A DNA stretch of 45,188 nucleotides from Bacteroidales bacterium (GCA_049975305.1 JBNGDT010000003.1:1-45188); one strand, 5' to 3'. Positions 1 to 10,087 are shown, counted from the stretch's first letter. Made by a program: numbers and translations. Notes: generated by a model from the letters alone, not told the origin.

Positions 1-208
1 AACCTTCATTATTCTGACAGAGGGGGCTTACTTTTGAAAATAAAAATATTTTAACGAAGTATCAGCTATTTTTTTTAGATAGTTACGAATCTTTAAATGT
101 CTTTTTTTATTTTTACCGGACAGTAATGATTCTAAATACATTTCTGTTTTAGGCAAAAATAGTAAATTTTGGAAATAAATCACAAATTAATTTCACTGTA
201 TTAATCAT

Positions 209-238
209 AAAAAAAGCCACCTGTGTGTTACAGATGAC
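209..238 (-). terminator. Rho-independent terminator candidate downstream of the FadL-like OMP gene
   Basis: On the minus strand, CAUCUG/CAGGUG forms a stem with one G-U pair, followed by a U-run (the A-run at 209-215 on the plus strand). It lies about 30 nt after the stop of the 266..1717 ORF. Confidence 0.55.
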
Positions 239-265
239 TTCCTAATATGATTTGATGTATGATCT

Positions 266-1717
266 TTAAAACCTGATACCAATGGTAGCCATCACAGCAT
301 GCCGCTGAATATCCATATTGGCAACCGGGCTGCTGACAGCAGGGCTTTCGTAAAGGAAATATTTCTCGCTTCTGTCCTGGTAAACATAGCCAAGATCGAA
401 AAAGAAAGATTCATTACGCACGCCAATCCCGCCTGAATACTGCATAAAACTGGCATCGCTGTTATAATTATCATCTTTGTATGGGGAATCATAATATGCC
501 CACCCCAGACGGAATGCAACCATTCCAATGCGGTATTCTGCACCTGCTTTGATGTTGTGCGTGCCGGTATAATAATCGGCAATGATTTTATTTTCATCAT
601 CAAAGGCGTAATCTGATGCCCTGAGCTTGCTGATGCCGTAATTGGCATATTCATAATCCACACTCAGAATAGTGCTGTTGAAAAGGACAGTTGCGAGACC
701 AGCCTGTGCCCGGAAAGGCGACGTGAGTTTGTAATTATACAGTCCCAGGGGAGATTCTTTTGTATTGCTCATCCATGTTGAATCCCATTGTGAGGAGAAA
801 TATGTGGAATACTCATCGTGCAAATTATAAAAAGTAGGTGTATGCAACGCCACACTGGTTCGCAGCCAATCCAGGGGGCGGTAAATAACCCCCATTTTTA
901 AATTGTAACCTGTGCCGCTGGTTTTCAGTGTTTCTGCGTAAGTGAAGGAATTGAAATTATCAATCACATCATTGACATCATTTTCAGCGTAAAAAATGCT
1001 TTGTTCAAAATCCACCTGCTGGATACCAAAGCTGGCACCTGCATACAAGGTATGGTCAAAGTTCATGCCCATGGATAATACGTATTCACCTACGTTTCCA
1101 CTGCGTTGGATGTTTTCTTTTTGTTCCTGGCCGAATGAACCTATGTTGGAAATGTAGCTGGTAGAATCTGCGTTGGCAGGATCAATGAGGTATGTGTAAT
1201 ATGCAGGCCAGCCATAGAAATCGCCCAGGTTTTCCGGCTTGTATCCATCTGATGTAGCAGCAAAATACTGGGCCATGGAGTTGTTCTCAATGATGCCTTC
1301 AATTTTAATGCATTGATTGAAATTACTCAGTTGGTTGTAGCCGAATCCAAAACTCAGACTTTTGAGAGCATTGCCTTTGCTTTCAAACAACATTGTACCC
1401 ACATACCCCAGGTTGCCGATGTTCATGTTATATGTGAAATCGCTGGATTTCTTGTCAATGTATGCCGCATCAGTTTGTGTGTACATGATGCCTGGTGTAA
1501 ATGTGACTTCAGACCTGCGAAAAACGCCGAGTGCTGCCGGGTTTTGCGAAATGGCTCCAAAATCACCACCTAAGCTGCCGAATGCTCCTCCCATGCTGTT
1601 ATACCTGGCGGTTCCCGAAGGATTGAGCCATGAATAACGAAGCGCATCTACCTGGTTCTGAGCAAAGAGCCCGAAACTGAGTGCGATTAATACTGTGCTT
1701 ACAATGTATCTTTTCAT
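266..1717 (-). CDS. FadL/TodX-like outer-membrane beta-barrel protein
   Basis: Signal peptide MKRYIVSTVLIALSFGLFAQ. N-terminal motif GTARYNSMGGAFGSLGGDFGAISQNPAAL resembles the FadL/OMPP1 family signature. Alternating aromatic/Gly beta-strand pattern and a C-terminal aromatic residue (..IGIRF). Confidence 0.7.
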   Translation of the reverse strand: MKRYIVSTVLIALSFGLFAQNQVDALRYSWLNPSGTARYNSMGGAFGSLGGDFGAISQNPAALGVFRRSEVTFTPGIMYTQTDAAYIDKKSSDFTYNMNIGNLGYVGTMLFESKGNALKSLSFGFGYNQLSNFNQCIKIEGIIENNSMAQYFAATSDGYKPENLGDFYGWPAYYTYLIDPANADSTSYISNIGSFGQEQKENIQRSGNVGEYVLSMGMNFDHTLYAGASFGIQQVDFEQSIFYAENDVNDVIDNFNSFTYAETLKTSGTGYNLKMGVIYRPLDWLRTSVALHTPTFYNLHDEYSTYFSSQWDSTWMSNTKESPLGLYNYKLTSPFRAQAGLATVLFNSTILSVDYEYANYGISKLRASDYAFDDENKIIADYYTGTHNIKAGAEYRIGMVAFRLGWAYYDSPYKDDNYNSDASFMQYSGGIGVRNESFFFDLGYVYQDRSEKYFLYESPAVSSPVANMDIQRHAVMATIGIRF

Positions 1718-1770
1718 CGTTTTGTTATTTTGTTATAGTTCATGTTAAACATCTATTACACAATGTTTTA

Positions 1771-3336
1771 TTATCTACCCCGGCTCCCTGATGATCCACC
1801 AGAAAAGCTGCCACCGGATGAACGTCCTCCTGAGGAACCACCGAATGATCCACTTGAAGAACCGCCACTGAAGCTGCCTGAACTTGATGAAGAGCGGCTG
1901 CCACTACTGCTGCTGCTTGAGTTAAAGCCTGAGCTGCTGTTTCGTGATGAACCTGAAGAAGATCGGTTAATTGAGCTGCTGTTGCTGCCGCTATTTCTCG
2001 TAGGGCTGCTGTAACTCCTTGAGGGGCGTACGTTGTTTTGATGTGAACTTGAACTTCCAGACCTGTATTTAGTATTGGAACTTCCAGACCTGTTGTAATA
2101 GTTGTTCCTTGTATTGGTGTTCCCTGACGGCCTTGTGTACCGGGAATTGTCTCGTACATCACTTGATGTATTATAGTTATTTCGGGTACTTGAGGGAGTA
2201 TGGTTATAACTACGGTTGGTGTTGTACCTGTTTCCGGTTCTGTTATCAGGACGTTGATAATACCGGGGCTTTTTATCGGTGCTACTTTGATTATTTATCC
2301 GTTTGTTGTCATCACGTTCTGCAGCGTCATTGCGTCCGTTGTTATCTTTAATTTCATTGTAAGTAGGAGTAGGAGGATTTGCCGGATTTAGTTTTTGACT
2401 TCTGCTGGCATCGGCGTTCTGAATTTCAGATTCTGCTGCCTCAACATTTAACCTCGGTGCTCGTGATATGTCGTTAGGTTGTGCTTCAGATACGGATGTT
2501 TCTTTAGCTGCTCTGCTAACATCAATTTCATCACCTCGGCGTATAGCAACCGGTTTGTTATCATCATCTGATTCCATTCTCTCTGCATTGTTGACAACAG
2601 GAACGTTTGAATCAAAGCGCTTGTTCCTGTCATTTTCATCGGTATCACCGGGCCCCGGACGATGACCTGTGCCGTTTCCGCCTACAGATCTACGGTGTCC
2701 ATAATACACATTATTGTTTTCGTATGCAAGCCAATCATTATAGTTGCCCGAATAATATCCATCCCAATAGCCGTGATAGTAACCGCTCCAATATGGAGAA
2801 TAATACGGATAATATCCCCAGTGTGTGTACCATGGAGTATGCCAATAGTGTGGATAGTAAGGATAACCCCAGCCAAGGTAAAACCCCCAACCGGAATACC
2901 AGTTGTAATTTATGCCCCAGTACCAGTTATCATAATACCAGGGATCGTAATAACAATCATGAAAATACCTTAACCGGTTTGAATATGTATCCCCATAATA
3001 ATAGTAGTTGTTTATGACATCGCCGCCACCACCATAATATTCATCATCGTAGTATCCATCGTCATAATAAGCAGTATCATCATAATATGCTGTGTCTTCG
3101 TAATAGTATTCATCATCAGCATAATACTCATTATCCTGATATGCGGGGTCTTCATATTGATTTTCATATTTGTTATCATAAGATTCGGAATATTGTGCGG
3201 GCTTTTCAGATAATACTTCATCACCAGGTGAATAGTAAATATCATCATAGCCGTTATCTTCGCCCAAATATACACTGGTAGTGCAACTTGTAGCAAAGAT
3301 TATAATTGCGAGTGATAATAATTTTAAAAGTTTCAT
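1771..3336 (-). CDS. Low-complexity lipoprotein of unknown function (Tyr/Asp/Trp-rich N-terminal half, Asn/Arg-rich middle, Ser/Gly/Arg C-terminal tail)
   Basis: Lipoprotein-type signal MKLLKLLSLAIIIFATSC. Only 53 nt upstream of, and co-oriented with, the OMP gene. The long ORF is maintained despite low complexity. The overlapping antisense ORFs look like compositional artefacts. Confidence 0.65.
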   Translation of the reverse strand: MKLLKLLSLAIIIFATSCTTSVYLGEDNGYDDIYYSPGDEVLSEKPAQYSESYDNKYENQYEDPAYQDNEYYADDEYYYEDTAYYDDTAYYDDGYYDDEYYGGGGDVINNYYYYGDTYSNRLRYFHDCYYDPWYYDNWYWGINYNWYSGWGFYLGWGYPYYPHYWHTPWYTHWGYYPYYSPYWSGYYHGYWDGYYSGNYNDWLAYENNNVYYGHRRSVGGNGTGHRPGPGDTDENDRNKRFDSNVPVVNNAERMESDDDNKPVAIRRGDEIDVSRAAKETSVSEAQPNDISRAPRLNVEAAESEIQNADASRSQKLNPANPPTPTYNEIKDNNGRNDAAERDDNKRINNQSSTDKKPRYYQRPDNRTGNRYNTNRSYNHTPSSTRNNYNTSSDVRDNSRYTRPSGNTNTRNNYYNRSGSSNTKYRSGSSSSHQNNVRPSRSYSSPTRNSGSNSSSINRSSSGSSRNSSSGFNSSSSSSGSRSSSSSGSFSGGSSSGSFGGSSGGRSSGGSFSGGSSGSRGR

Positions 3337-3412
3337 GATGTTATCTTATTTTTTTTAGTTTTGACAATCTATTTTTCAAGTAATAAGGTGCAAAATTCAT
3401 ACCAAAATTGAT

Positions 3413-4882
3413 ATGTCAAAAGGATTAACAAAACGCAGCGAGAACTATTCACAATGGTATAATGAACTTGTTGTGAAAGCTGATCTGGCAGAAAATTCTG
3501 CAGTAAGAGGATGTATGGTGATCAAGCCATACGGATATGCAATTTGGGAAAAAATGCAGTCTGTATTGGATAACATGTTTAAAGAAACGGGGCATTCAAA
3601 TGCTTATTTTCCGCTTTTTATCCCGAAATCTTTTTTTGGAAGGGAAGCCAAACATGTCGAAGGTTTTGCCAAAGAATGTGCTGTAGTAACCCATTACCGG
3701 CTTAAGAATTCAGATGAAGGCATTGTGGTTGATCCTGATGCTAAGTTAGAAGAGGAACTGGTTGTACGACCCACATCTGAAACGATTATCTGGAATACTT
3801 ACAAAAACTGGATACAGTCTTATCGTGACCTTCCCATACTTGTAAATCAATGGGCTAATGTTGTGAGATGGGAAATGCGCACCCGCTTTTTTCTGAGAAC
3901 AACAGAATTTCTGTGGCAGGAAGGGCATACTGCGCATGCAACCAGGGAAGATGCGATAAAAGAAACAAAGCAAATGATCAATGTATATGCTGATTTTGCT
4001 GAGAATTGGATGTGTATTCCTGTGATTGTAGGTACAAAAACGGATAGTGAACGATTTGCCGGAGCTATTGAAACTTATTCAATCGAAGCGCTAATGCAGG
4101 ACGGGAAAGCCTTGCAGAGTGGTACATCACATTTTCTGGGGCAGAATTTTGCCAAAGCCTTTGATGTGAAATTCCTGACCAAAGACAACAAAGAAGAATA
4201 TGTGTGGGCCAGTTCGTGGGGTGTTTCCACACGTCTTATGGGAGCTCTTATAATGGCACATTCCGATGACAAGGGCCTTGTTTTGCCACCAAAACTGGCA
4301 CCAACACAAGTTGTAATTGTGCCTATTTTTAAAAATAAGGAACAATTGGATGCCATTCGCAAAAAGGTGGATGGGATTATGTCCGGTTTAAAAGCAAATG
4401 GCGTTACGGTGCATTTTGATGACCGGGATGCACAACGACCTGGCTTTAAATTTGCTGAATATGAAATGAAAGGATATCCTGTTCGGATTGCTGTTGGTCC
4501 AAAGGATTTGGAAAATAATACATTTGAGGTTGCCAGGCGCGATACCATGGAGAAAAATATAGTATCAGCAGACAATGTTGTGAATGAAATAGTATCTTTA
4601 CTGGATAATATTCAGAAGAATATTTATGCAAAAGCACAAAAAAGATTAACCAACAATACGGTAAAGATTGATGATTATGAAAGCTTTAAAAAACACATGA
4701 AAGAAACCCCTGGTTTTGTTATGGCTCATTGGGATGGCACTAAAGAAACCGAAGCCCGTATCAAGGAAGAAACCAAAGCCACCATTCGATGTGTGCCCTT
4801 AGGTGCTGAGCCGGAAGAAGGAAAATGTATGGTAACAGGCAAACCATCCAAAGGCCGGGTTTTATTTGCCAAAGCGTATTAA
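3413..4882 (+). CDS. proS: Prolyl-tRNA synthetase (archaeal/eukaryote-like class II type)
   Basis: The N-terminus ..[39 protein letters not shown] and the 489-aa length are typical of Bacteroidota ProRS. Confidence 0.93.
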   Translation: MSKGLTKRSENYSQWYNELVVKADLAENSAVRGCMVIKPYGYAIWEKMQSVLDNMFKETGHSNAYFPLFIPKSFFGREAKHVEGFAKECAVVTHYRLKNSDEGIVVDPDAKLEEELVVRPTSETIIWNTYKNWIQSYRDLPILVNQWANVVRWEMRTRFFLRTTEFLWQEGHTAHATREDAIKETKQMINVYADFAENWMCIPVIVGTKTDSERFAGAIETYSIEALMQDGKALQSGTSHFLGQNFAKAFDVKFLTKDNKEEYVWASSWGVSTRLMGALIMAHSDDKGLVLPPKLAPTQVVIVPIFKNKEQLDAIRKKVDGIMSGLKANGVTVHFDDRDAQRPGFKFAEYEMKGYPVRIAVGPKDLENNTFEVARRDTMEKNIVSADNVVNEIVSLLDNIQKNIYAKAQKRLTNNTVKIDDYESFKKHMKETPGFVMAHWDGTKETEARIKEETKATIRCVPLGAEPEEGKCMVTGKPSKGRVLFAKAY

Positions 4883-4899
4883 TTAAAAAAACAGACATT

Positions 4900-5568
4900 A
4901 TGAAAGAGGAAATAATCAAAACATTGCTTGAGAAATCACAGACCAAGCAAATTGCCTACGATTGCACAAAAAATGCGTTTAAACAACTGAAATTATTGTT
5001 GCAGGATATTGTCAGTGAATACAATGCTGAAATGGATGATGCTGACAAACGTGTGTTATTGGAGTACCGTGACCGGGGTGTGTTTGAAGCGGAAGTACGT
5101 ATTGCCGGAGACCTGTTGATTTTTAATATGCATTCCAATGTTTTTGAATTTCCTTCTGATCACCAGGTCTGGAAAACTCAAAGTGCTCAGGAAAGCCCAC
5201 TCAATACTTATGCCGGGATTATTAATATTTATAATTTTTTGGCAGACAGTTTTAAGTATAACCGGAGTGATGACCTGGGATACCTTATCGGACGGATTTT
5301 TATAAACAAAAACAATAACTATTTTATCGAAGGCAGAAAAGAAATCGGATATACATATCCTACGTTTGAAGATTATGAAATTTCCGGTGAGGCACTGAAA
5401 AAAATTATAGAAGGAACATTGTTGTTTGCGTTGAAATTTGATTTGCTGGTACCTCCCATTGATAATATCCAGATTGCTTCGGTATCACAAATGCGTGAAC
5501 GTATAAATAAGTCAAAAACACAAACAGGAAAGAGAGTGGGGTTTAATTATAGTCCATGGGATGATTAG
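4900..5568 (+). CDS. Hypothetical protein
   Basis: The ORF-track entry 4825..5568 overlaps proS. The internal ATG at 4900 (MKEEIIKTLL..) starts 17 nt after the proS stop. I recognised no family. Confidence 0.55.
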   Translation: MKEEIIKTLLEKSQTKQIAYDCTKNAFKQLKLLLQDIVSEYNAEMDDADKRVLLEYRDRGVFEAEVRIAGDLLIFNMHSNVFEFPSDHQVWKTQSAQESPLNTYAGIINIYNFLADSFKYNRSDDLGYLIGRIFINKNNNYFIEGRKEIGYTYPTFEDYEISGEALKKIIEGTLLFALKFDLLVPPIDNIQIASVSQMRERINKSKTQTGKRVGFNYSPWDD

Positions 5569-5649
5569 TAATTATCTTGTCAGTATTAATTACATATAAA
5601 AAAAGCTGCCCGAAAAGACAGCCTTTTTCAATGTTATGAAAGTTACAGA

Positions 5650-8600
5650 CTATTTTACGATTTGTAGTTTTATCATAGTATCTTGATCTTCTTTGGTAAG
5701 TCTCAAAAAGTAAATGCCTTGTTTTTGCTTATTAAGATTGAGTCTGAACACAGCATCTTCAATGGTACCATTGTCAACGACCCGGCCCTGGCAGGTATAA
5801 ATTTTATAATCAACATCCTGGCAATTTTCAATCACAAATTGTCCTGTTGAGGGATTGGGATAAATATTCACTTGTCCATACCCAAAATCTGCAATGTTGT
5901 CATGCAATACATCAATTGTGAATGCTTGTGTAGCTGTATTATTATCGGTATTACTCACTCTAAGGATAACATCATAACTTTCAGAAGCAATTGTAATGTC
6001 CGGAGCTGTTCCGCTGAGATCTGCCGTTCCGTCGCCATTGTCTGTAAGTGTTAGCCAGGCAGGAATTTCTGTAGCCATGAATGTTAGATCCAGCGCATTG
6101 GGATCTTCAGCGGTTACATTGTAGGTGTATGCTTCTCCCTCACCGATTTCTGTTACAGGAGTAGATGTGAAATAAGGTGAAGCGCCTGGCATTCCGGGCC
6201 ACTTGTAAATACCACCAGTGTTTGCATCTTCATTGAATCCACCTGCCCATCCGGTATTAATATCTAACATTTGTACACAGGTGTATTGCACAGAATCATC
6301 CATTTGTGTCCAGGTATCACCGTAATCAAGTGAATACATGGATTTGTTTTCTTCTAAAGCCTGGCTGATTTTAACGGCAACGATCATACCTGGAATGCCT
6401 GGAACTGCAGAAATATCTGATGGTTGATCAGCCTCATCAATAGTAATGGGATCCCAGTTGGCACCTCCATCGGTGGTTTTACGCATAGCCCAGCTTTCAA
6501 TCTGGCCAGTGGTTTGATTGATTACTTGTGCAATGATAAATCCATTATCTTCATCGGTCATAGAAATGCGACTGACGTTATCTTCTCCGGTTGTGAATAC
6601 TTCCCAGGTGGCTCCTTTGTCAGTTGTTTTGAAAAGGCGTCCGGTACTGGTGCCAAACCATGCAATGTCTCCAACGGCATCATACACGCCTGTCCAACCC
6701 ATTTCATTTGTTTCTGGATCAGGAATATTGGCTCCGTCAACGCGTGTCCAGGTGGTTCCACCATCAGATGTAGTATAAATTTCAAATTCGCCACCTTCGG
6801 GGTCTCCCATGCAGAAGCCTTCAGTGGCATTAAACATGTGTACAACGTTGGGGAAAGATGCGGATCCGTCAAAAGCTGCGGTTGTTTGTTCTGCCCAGTT
6901 TTCACCACCATCAGTTGTGTGATAAATGCCACCACCGCCGTTGATATCATACATGGCTACCCATGCGTTCAGGCTGTCAACAGCAGTAATACACCCGGGT
7001 GCGAGGTTAGAGGGTGCTTCTATGGTATTAGCTTTCCAGTGTTCTCCTCCGTCAGATGTTCTTGAGAAATCGCTTGTTATAGATCCTCCGGTGCCATCGT
7101 ATGTTAATGTCCATGCGCTATTCATATTTGCAATGGCAATTTGAAAGATACCACGGAAAGGGCTTGTAAATCCTGTGTTTTGTTTTATCCATGCTGATTC
7201 AGGGCCTCCTGAACCATCAGTAACAATGATGAATGCAGTTTTTTCTTCCACATTGGTGTTGGTTCCGTCGGAAACTTCAAGGGTAACAGAGAAAACACCT
7301 GTTTCATTGTATTTAATGTTGCTGGGATGTTGTGCAATGCTTGATGTTTGCATAGCTCCTTCAAATGTCCAGTACCATGATGTTGGATTTCCTGTACTTA
7401 AATCTGTGAAATCAACTGTTCCATTTACAGGAATAACAACATCACTTGCCTCAAAATCAGCAACCAGGCCTACAATTGAATCTTGTGCAGCCTGTACTGC
7501 AGCAGCAGCATTTATTCGGCCTGCTCCGATGCTGTCAATAAATTCTGTATTTTCAGCATCGACATTATCACATGTGGCTTTTAAAATGGCAGTAAGTTTT
7601 TCAGGTGTCAGGTCAGGATTGGCAGAAAGCATTAATCCGCATAATCCGGATGTAACCGGAGCAGCCATTGATGTTCCCTGCATAATATCATACTGTCCGG
7701 TCACGCCATATTCGGCAGCTCCACCGCCGCTTCCGTTGAGAAGTGAGTTCAAGTCTCCGGCTTCACTTGCAGTCGTTGATAGAACAGTGAATGCTCCAAT
7801 ACCCATAAAACCACTGTTAAAATATCCGCCGGGAGCAAGCACATCAATCCATGTGCCATAGTTTGAAAAATCGGATTTGTTGTCACCCACGTCATTTGAA
7901 CCAACTGCAATTACGTGATCCAGAGCTGCAGGATATCCTACATAGTTGATCGGAATATCAGGATTCATCTGTGTTTCCATGCCGTTCCCGTTATTGCCGG
8001 CTGCTCCTACTAATACACATCCTTTATTGTATGCATAGTTAACAATGTTTTGCATGGTGGTAAAGTATTGGGGGGATCCCCATGACATGTTAATCACATC
8101 AGCACCATGATCGGCAGCCCAGACAATGCCTTCAAAGCCGGCAGCCATAGCTTGTCCGTCTGAAGCATCATCACCAAGTTTTACGGCCATCAGGCTAATA
8201 TTATAACCTATAGACGATACACCAATTCCATTATTGGTTTCGGCAGCTATCAATCCGGCACCATGTGTGCCATGTGACCAAATGTAAGTGTTTTCGGGTG
8301 GAGATGGATCATCATCTCCATCCCCTAAATCCACTTGTGCCACAATTTTATTTTGTAAATCCGGATGATCAACATAGATTGCATTGTCAAGAATGGCTAC
8401 CACAACGTTTGGATTTCCGGTGGTTATATCCCATGCAGCTTCTGCATTGATGTTGGTGAGGTGCCAGTTTGCTTCCGCTGTTCCGAATAATCCGCTGGTT
8501 GCCCCGTAGTAGGGATCATCTGTTACCAGCGATATTCTGAATAATGGTGCTTTTTCAGCGTATTCAATTTCCGGCAGGTTGTTCATTTCCCTGACCAATT

Positions 8601-8901
8601 GTTCCACTTCATGGATTTTATCAAAATCCATACGGAAAGTCCGTTGTAAAATGTCAGACTCTGCAGTCATAAATGGCATCCTCAGGTCTGTGATTTGATA
8701 TTCTTCAAGTAAATCCTGAAGAAAGAACACATCTTTGGGGTTAATTTTTCCGTTTTCATCATGACTGACATTCAGATTAACATCATCATTGATCTTAAAA
8801 TAAACGCGCCCATCTACGCACCAGTAGTCCACTGTTTGTGCGAAAGCACCAGCGGTAAAAAGGAGAGCAAAAAGTAATGAAACTAATTTTAAATTTTTCA
8901 T
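5650..8901 (-). CDS. Secreted subtilisin-like (S8) serine protease with PKD, Asp-box (BNR-like) beta-propeller, Ig-like and T9SS C-terminal sorting domains
   Basis: Signal peptide present. S8 triad contexts are VVAILDNA (Asp), SHGTHGAG (His) and GTSMAAPVTSG (Ser). A PKD-like module spans about aa 478-560. Repeated SDGGEHW/TDGGENW/SDGGTTW/TDKGATW/TDGGANW/DYGDTW Asp-boxes span about aa 570-900. The C-terminus ..VNIYPNPSTGQFVIE..IYFLRL.. is typical of a T9SS CTD. Confidence 0.88.
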   Translation of the reverse strand: MKNLKLVSLLFALLFTAGAFAQTVDYWCVDGRVYFKINDDVNLNVSHDENGKINPKDVFFLQDLLEEYQITDLRMPFMTAESDILQRTFRMDFDKIHEVEQLVREMNNLPEIEYAEKAPLFRISLVTDDPYYGATSGLFGTAEANWHLTNINAEAAWDITTGNPNVVVAILDNAIYVDHPDLQNKIVAQVDLGDGDDDPSPPENTYIWSHGTHGAGLIAAETNNGIGVSSIGYNISLMAVKLGDDASDGQAMAAGFEGIVWAADHGADVINMSWGSPQYFTTMQNIVNYAYNKGCVLVGAAGNNGNGMETQMNPDIPINYVGYPAALDHVIAVGSNDVGDNKSDFSNYGTWIDVLAPGGYFNSGFMGIGAFTVLSTTASEAGDLNSLLNGSGGGAAEYGVTGQYDIMQGTSMAAPVTSGLCGLMLSANPDLTPEKLTAILKATCDNVDAENTEFIDSIGAGRINAAAAVQAAQDSIVGLVADFEASDVVIPVNGTVDFTDLSTGNPTSWYWTFEGAMQTSSIAQHPSNIKYNETGVFSVTLEVSDGTNTNVEEKTAFIIVTDGSGGPESAWIKQNTGFTSPFRGIFQIAIANMNSAWTLTYDGTGGSITSDFSRTSDGGEHWKANTIEAPSNLAPGCITAVDSLNAWVAMYDINGGGGIYHTTDGGENWAEQTTAAFDGSASFPNVVHMFNATEGFCMGDPEGGEFEIYTTSDGGTTWTRVDGANIPDPETNEMGWTGVYDAVGDIAWFGTSTGRLFKTTDKGATWEVFTTGEDNVSRISMTDEDNGFIIAQVINQTTGQIESWAMRKTTDGGANWDPITIDEADQPSDISAVPGIPGMIVAVKISQALEENKSMYSLDYGDTWTQMDDSVQYTCVQMLDINTGWAGGFNEDANTGGIYKWPGMPGASPYFTSTPVTEIGEGEAYTYNVTAEDPNALDLTFMATEIPAWLTLTDNGDGTADLSGTAPDITIASESYDVILRVSNTDNNTATQAFTIDVLHDNIADFGYGQVNIYPNPSTGQFVIENCQDVDYKIYTCQGRVVDNGTIEDAVFRLNLNKQKQGIYFLRLTKEDQDTMIKLQIVK

Positions 8902-8968
8902 AAGACAATCTGTTTTTTGGTAATTTAGGACAAAAATAAAAAAAAAGTATGATGTACGTAATTTTTTT

Positions 8969-9622
8969 TTAATTATTCTTTATTGCCTGTATAATATGCC
9001 TTTTCCCAGGCGGCACGGGTAGTATGTTTATGGAAAATCCAGCGTCTTTCAGGTTTCTTTTTACTACCCCCTTTGAAGAAAAAGTAACCAACACACCATG
9101 GGGTGATAAAAGTGAATGTATTTTTTTAAACATGGTATATGTCCAGGCTTGGGGATGTGCTTCAGGGGAAAAAGCATCAAAATAAACGAGATCATAGCTT
9201 GTTTTAAGACCAATTTTTGTAAAATCTGCCTGAGTTTTTTTCAATGTAAAAAGATTGCTGCAAGCATGAAGTTTTCCCCATGGTATTTTTGAGATAGCAA
9301 TGCCTGCACTGCGATGCGGTTCCTCAAATCCTGAATAAAATGCGTGCAGGGTAGCTTGATCAGGAGGGTATAAATCTATCCCGTAATAAGTGACGTTAAT
9401 GTGTTGCCGTGTAGTTTCCAGGTGGGTTAATACAGCATTCAATCCCGTTCCGAAACCAATTTCAAGAATGGTTATGTTTTGTTTATTGACAGCGTATAAG
9501 CCGTTTTTTATGAAAATATGGGAGCTTTCGGTCATTGCTCCGTTTACGGAGTGGTAATGTTCATTTAAAACATCACTGTACAATGTATAGGAGTGATCTT
9601 TTGTTTTTACCAACCGCTTCAT
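8969..9622 (-). CDS. mnmD: tRNA 5-methylaminomethyl-2-thiouridine methyltransferase, MnmD/MnmC C-terminal-domain-like (SAM-dependent)
   Basis: N-terminus ..KTKDHSYTLYSDVLNEHYHSVNGAMTESSHIFI.. and SAM motif ILEIGFGTGLN, as in the DUF752/MnmD family. Confidence 0.75.
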   Translation of the reverse strand: MKRLVKTKDHSYTLYSDVLNEHYHSVNGAMTESSHIFIKNGLYAVNKQNITILEIGFGTGLNAVLTHLETTRQHINVTYYGIDLYPPDQATLHAFYSGFEEPHRSAGIAISKIPWGKLHACSNLFTLKKTQADFTKIGLKTSYDLVYFDAFSPEAHPQAWTYTMFKKIHSLLSPHGVLVTFSSKGVVKRNLKDAGFSINILPVPPGKRHIIQAIKNN

Positions 9623-9653
9623 AATCCAAAAATAAAAATTTTCGGATTAAAAG

Positions 9654-9685
9654 AAAAGGCTGCCAAATGTTTCTGACAGCCTTTT
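9654..9685 (-). terminator. Rho-independent terminator candidate after the thioredoxin gene
   Basis: AAAAGGCTGCCA..TGACAGCCTTTT forms a 7/8-bp GC-rich stem flanked by A and T runs, between the trx stop (9722) and the mnmD start (9622). Confidence 0.55.
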
Positions 9686-9721
9686 GAATTTGCAACTATT
9701 AGACATATATTAGACATAGAT

Positions 9722-10087
9722 CTATTCAGGTTTTTCAACTTTCAGCACATCTGAGATGGCTTTTTCAAAACTGTCTTTTGGCAATGCACCTGCAGCCATT
9801 TGCGGTTTTCCTTCTACCGGGATAAACAGCAAGCTGGGAATGCTTCTGATGCCGAAAACAGAGGCTAGTTCCTGCTGTTCTTCGGTATTCACTTTGTAAA
9901 AGTTGACTTTCCCTTTGTATTCCTTGTCAAGTTCTTCAATAACGGGGGCAACCATTTTACAAGGGGCACACCAGTCCGCCCAGAAATCTATCATTGCGGG
10001 TTTATCTCCTTTGTAGTTCCACTCTTTTTCTTCGGTATAATCAAATACCTTCTCAATAAATTTTTCTTTTGTTAAATGTTCTACCAT
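9722..10087 (-). CDS. trxA: Thioredoxin
   Basis: WCAPC active site within DFWADWCAPCKMVAPV. Length of 121 aa fits. Confidence 0.88.
   Translation of the reverse strand: MVEHLTKEKFIEKVFDYTEEKEWNYKGDKPAMIDFWADWCAPCKMVAPVIEELDKEYKGKVNFYKVNTEEQQELASVFGIRSIPSLLFIPVEGKPQMAAGALPKDSFEKAISDVLKVEKPE

Noticed and set aside
1740-3296. Many ORF-track entries overlapping or antisense to the 1771..3336 lipoprotein gene, for example 1742..2014 (+, Pro/Glu/Leu-rich), 1740..2162 (-), 2607..3017 (+) and 3012..3296 (-).
   Set aside because: Their composition mirrors the low-complexity sense gene in other frames: Ser/Gly codons read antisense give Pro/Glu/Leu. They lack signal peptides or plausible starts. The single long frame with a lipoprotein signal explains the region.
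4825-4899. N-terminal extensions in the ORF track at 4825, 13816, 14363, 24841, 27101, 28901, 30907, 31632, 32405, 34888, 35453, 36079, 36979, 38729 and 39865.
   Set aside because: Each extension overlaps the upstream gene or a terminator, or uses a non-ATG codon. In every case an internal ATG gives the conserved N-terminus or a proper signal peptide, such as MCGIAG for AsnB or MKIAIYG for NadK.
5598-5629. Possible bidirectional terminator between the convergent 4900..5568 and S8 protease genes (AAAGCTGCC..GACAGCCTTTTT).
   Set aside because: Only a 4-5-bp stem with a mismatch can be drawn, which is too weak to report as a feature.
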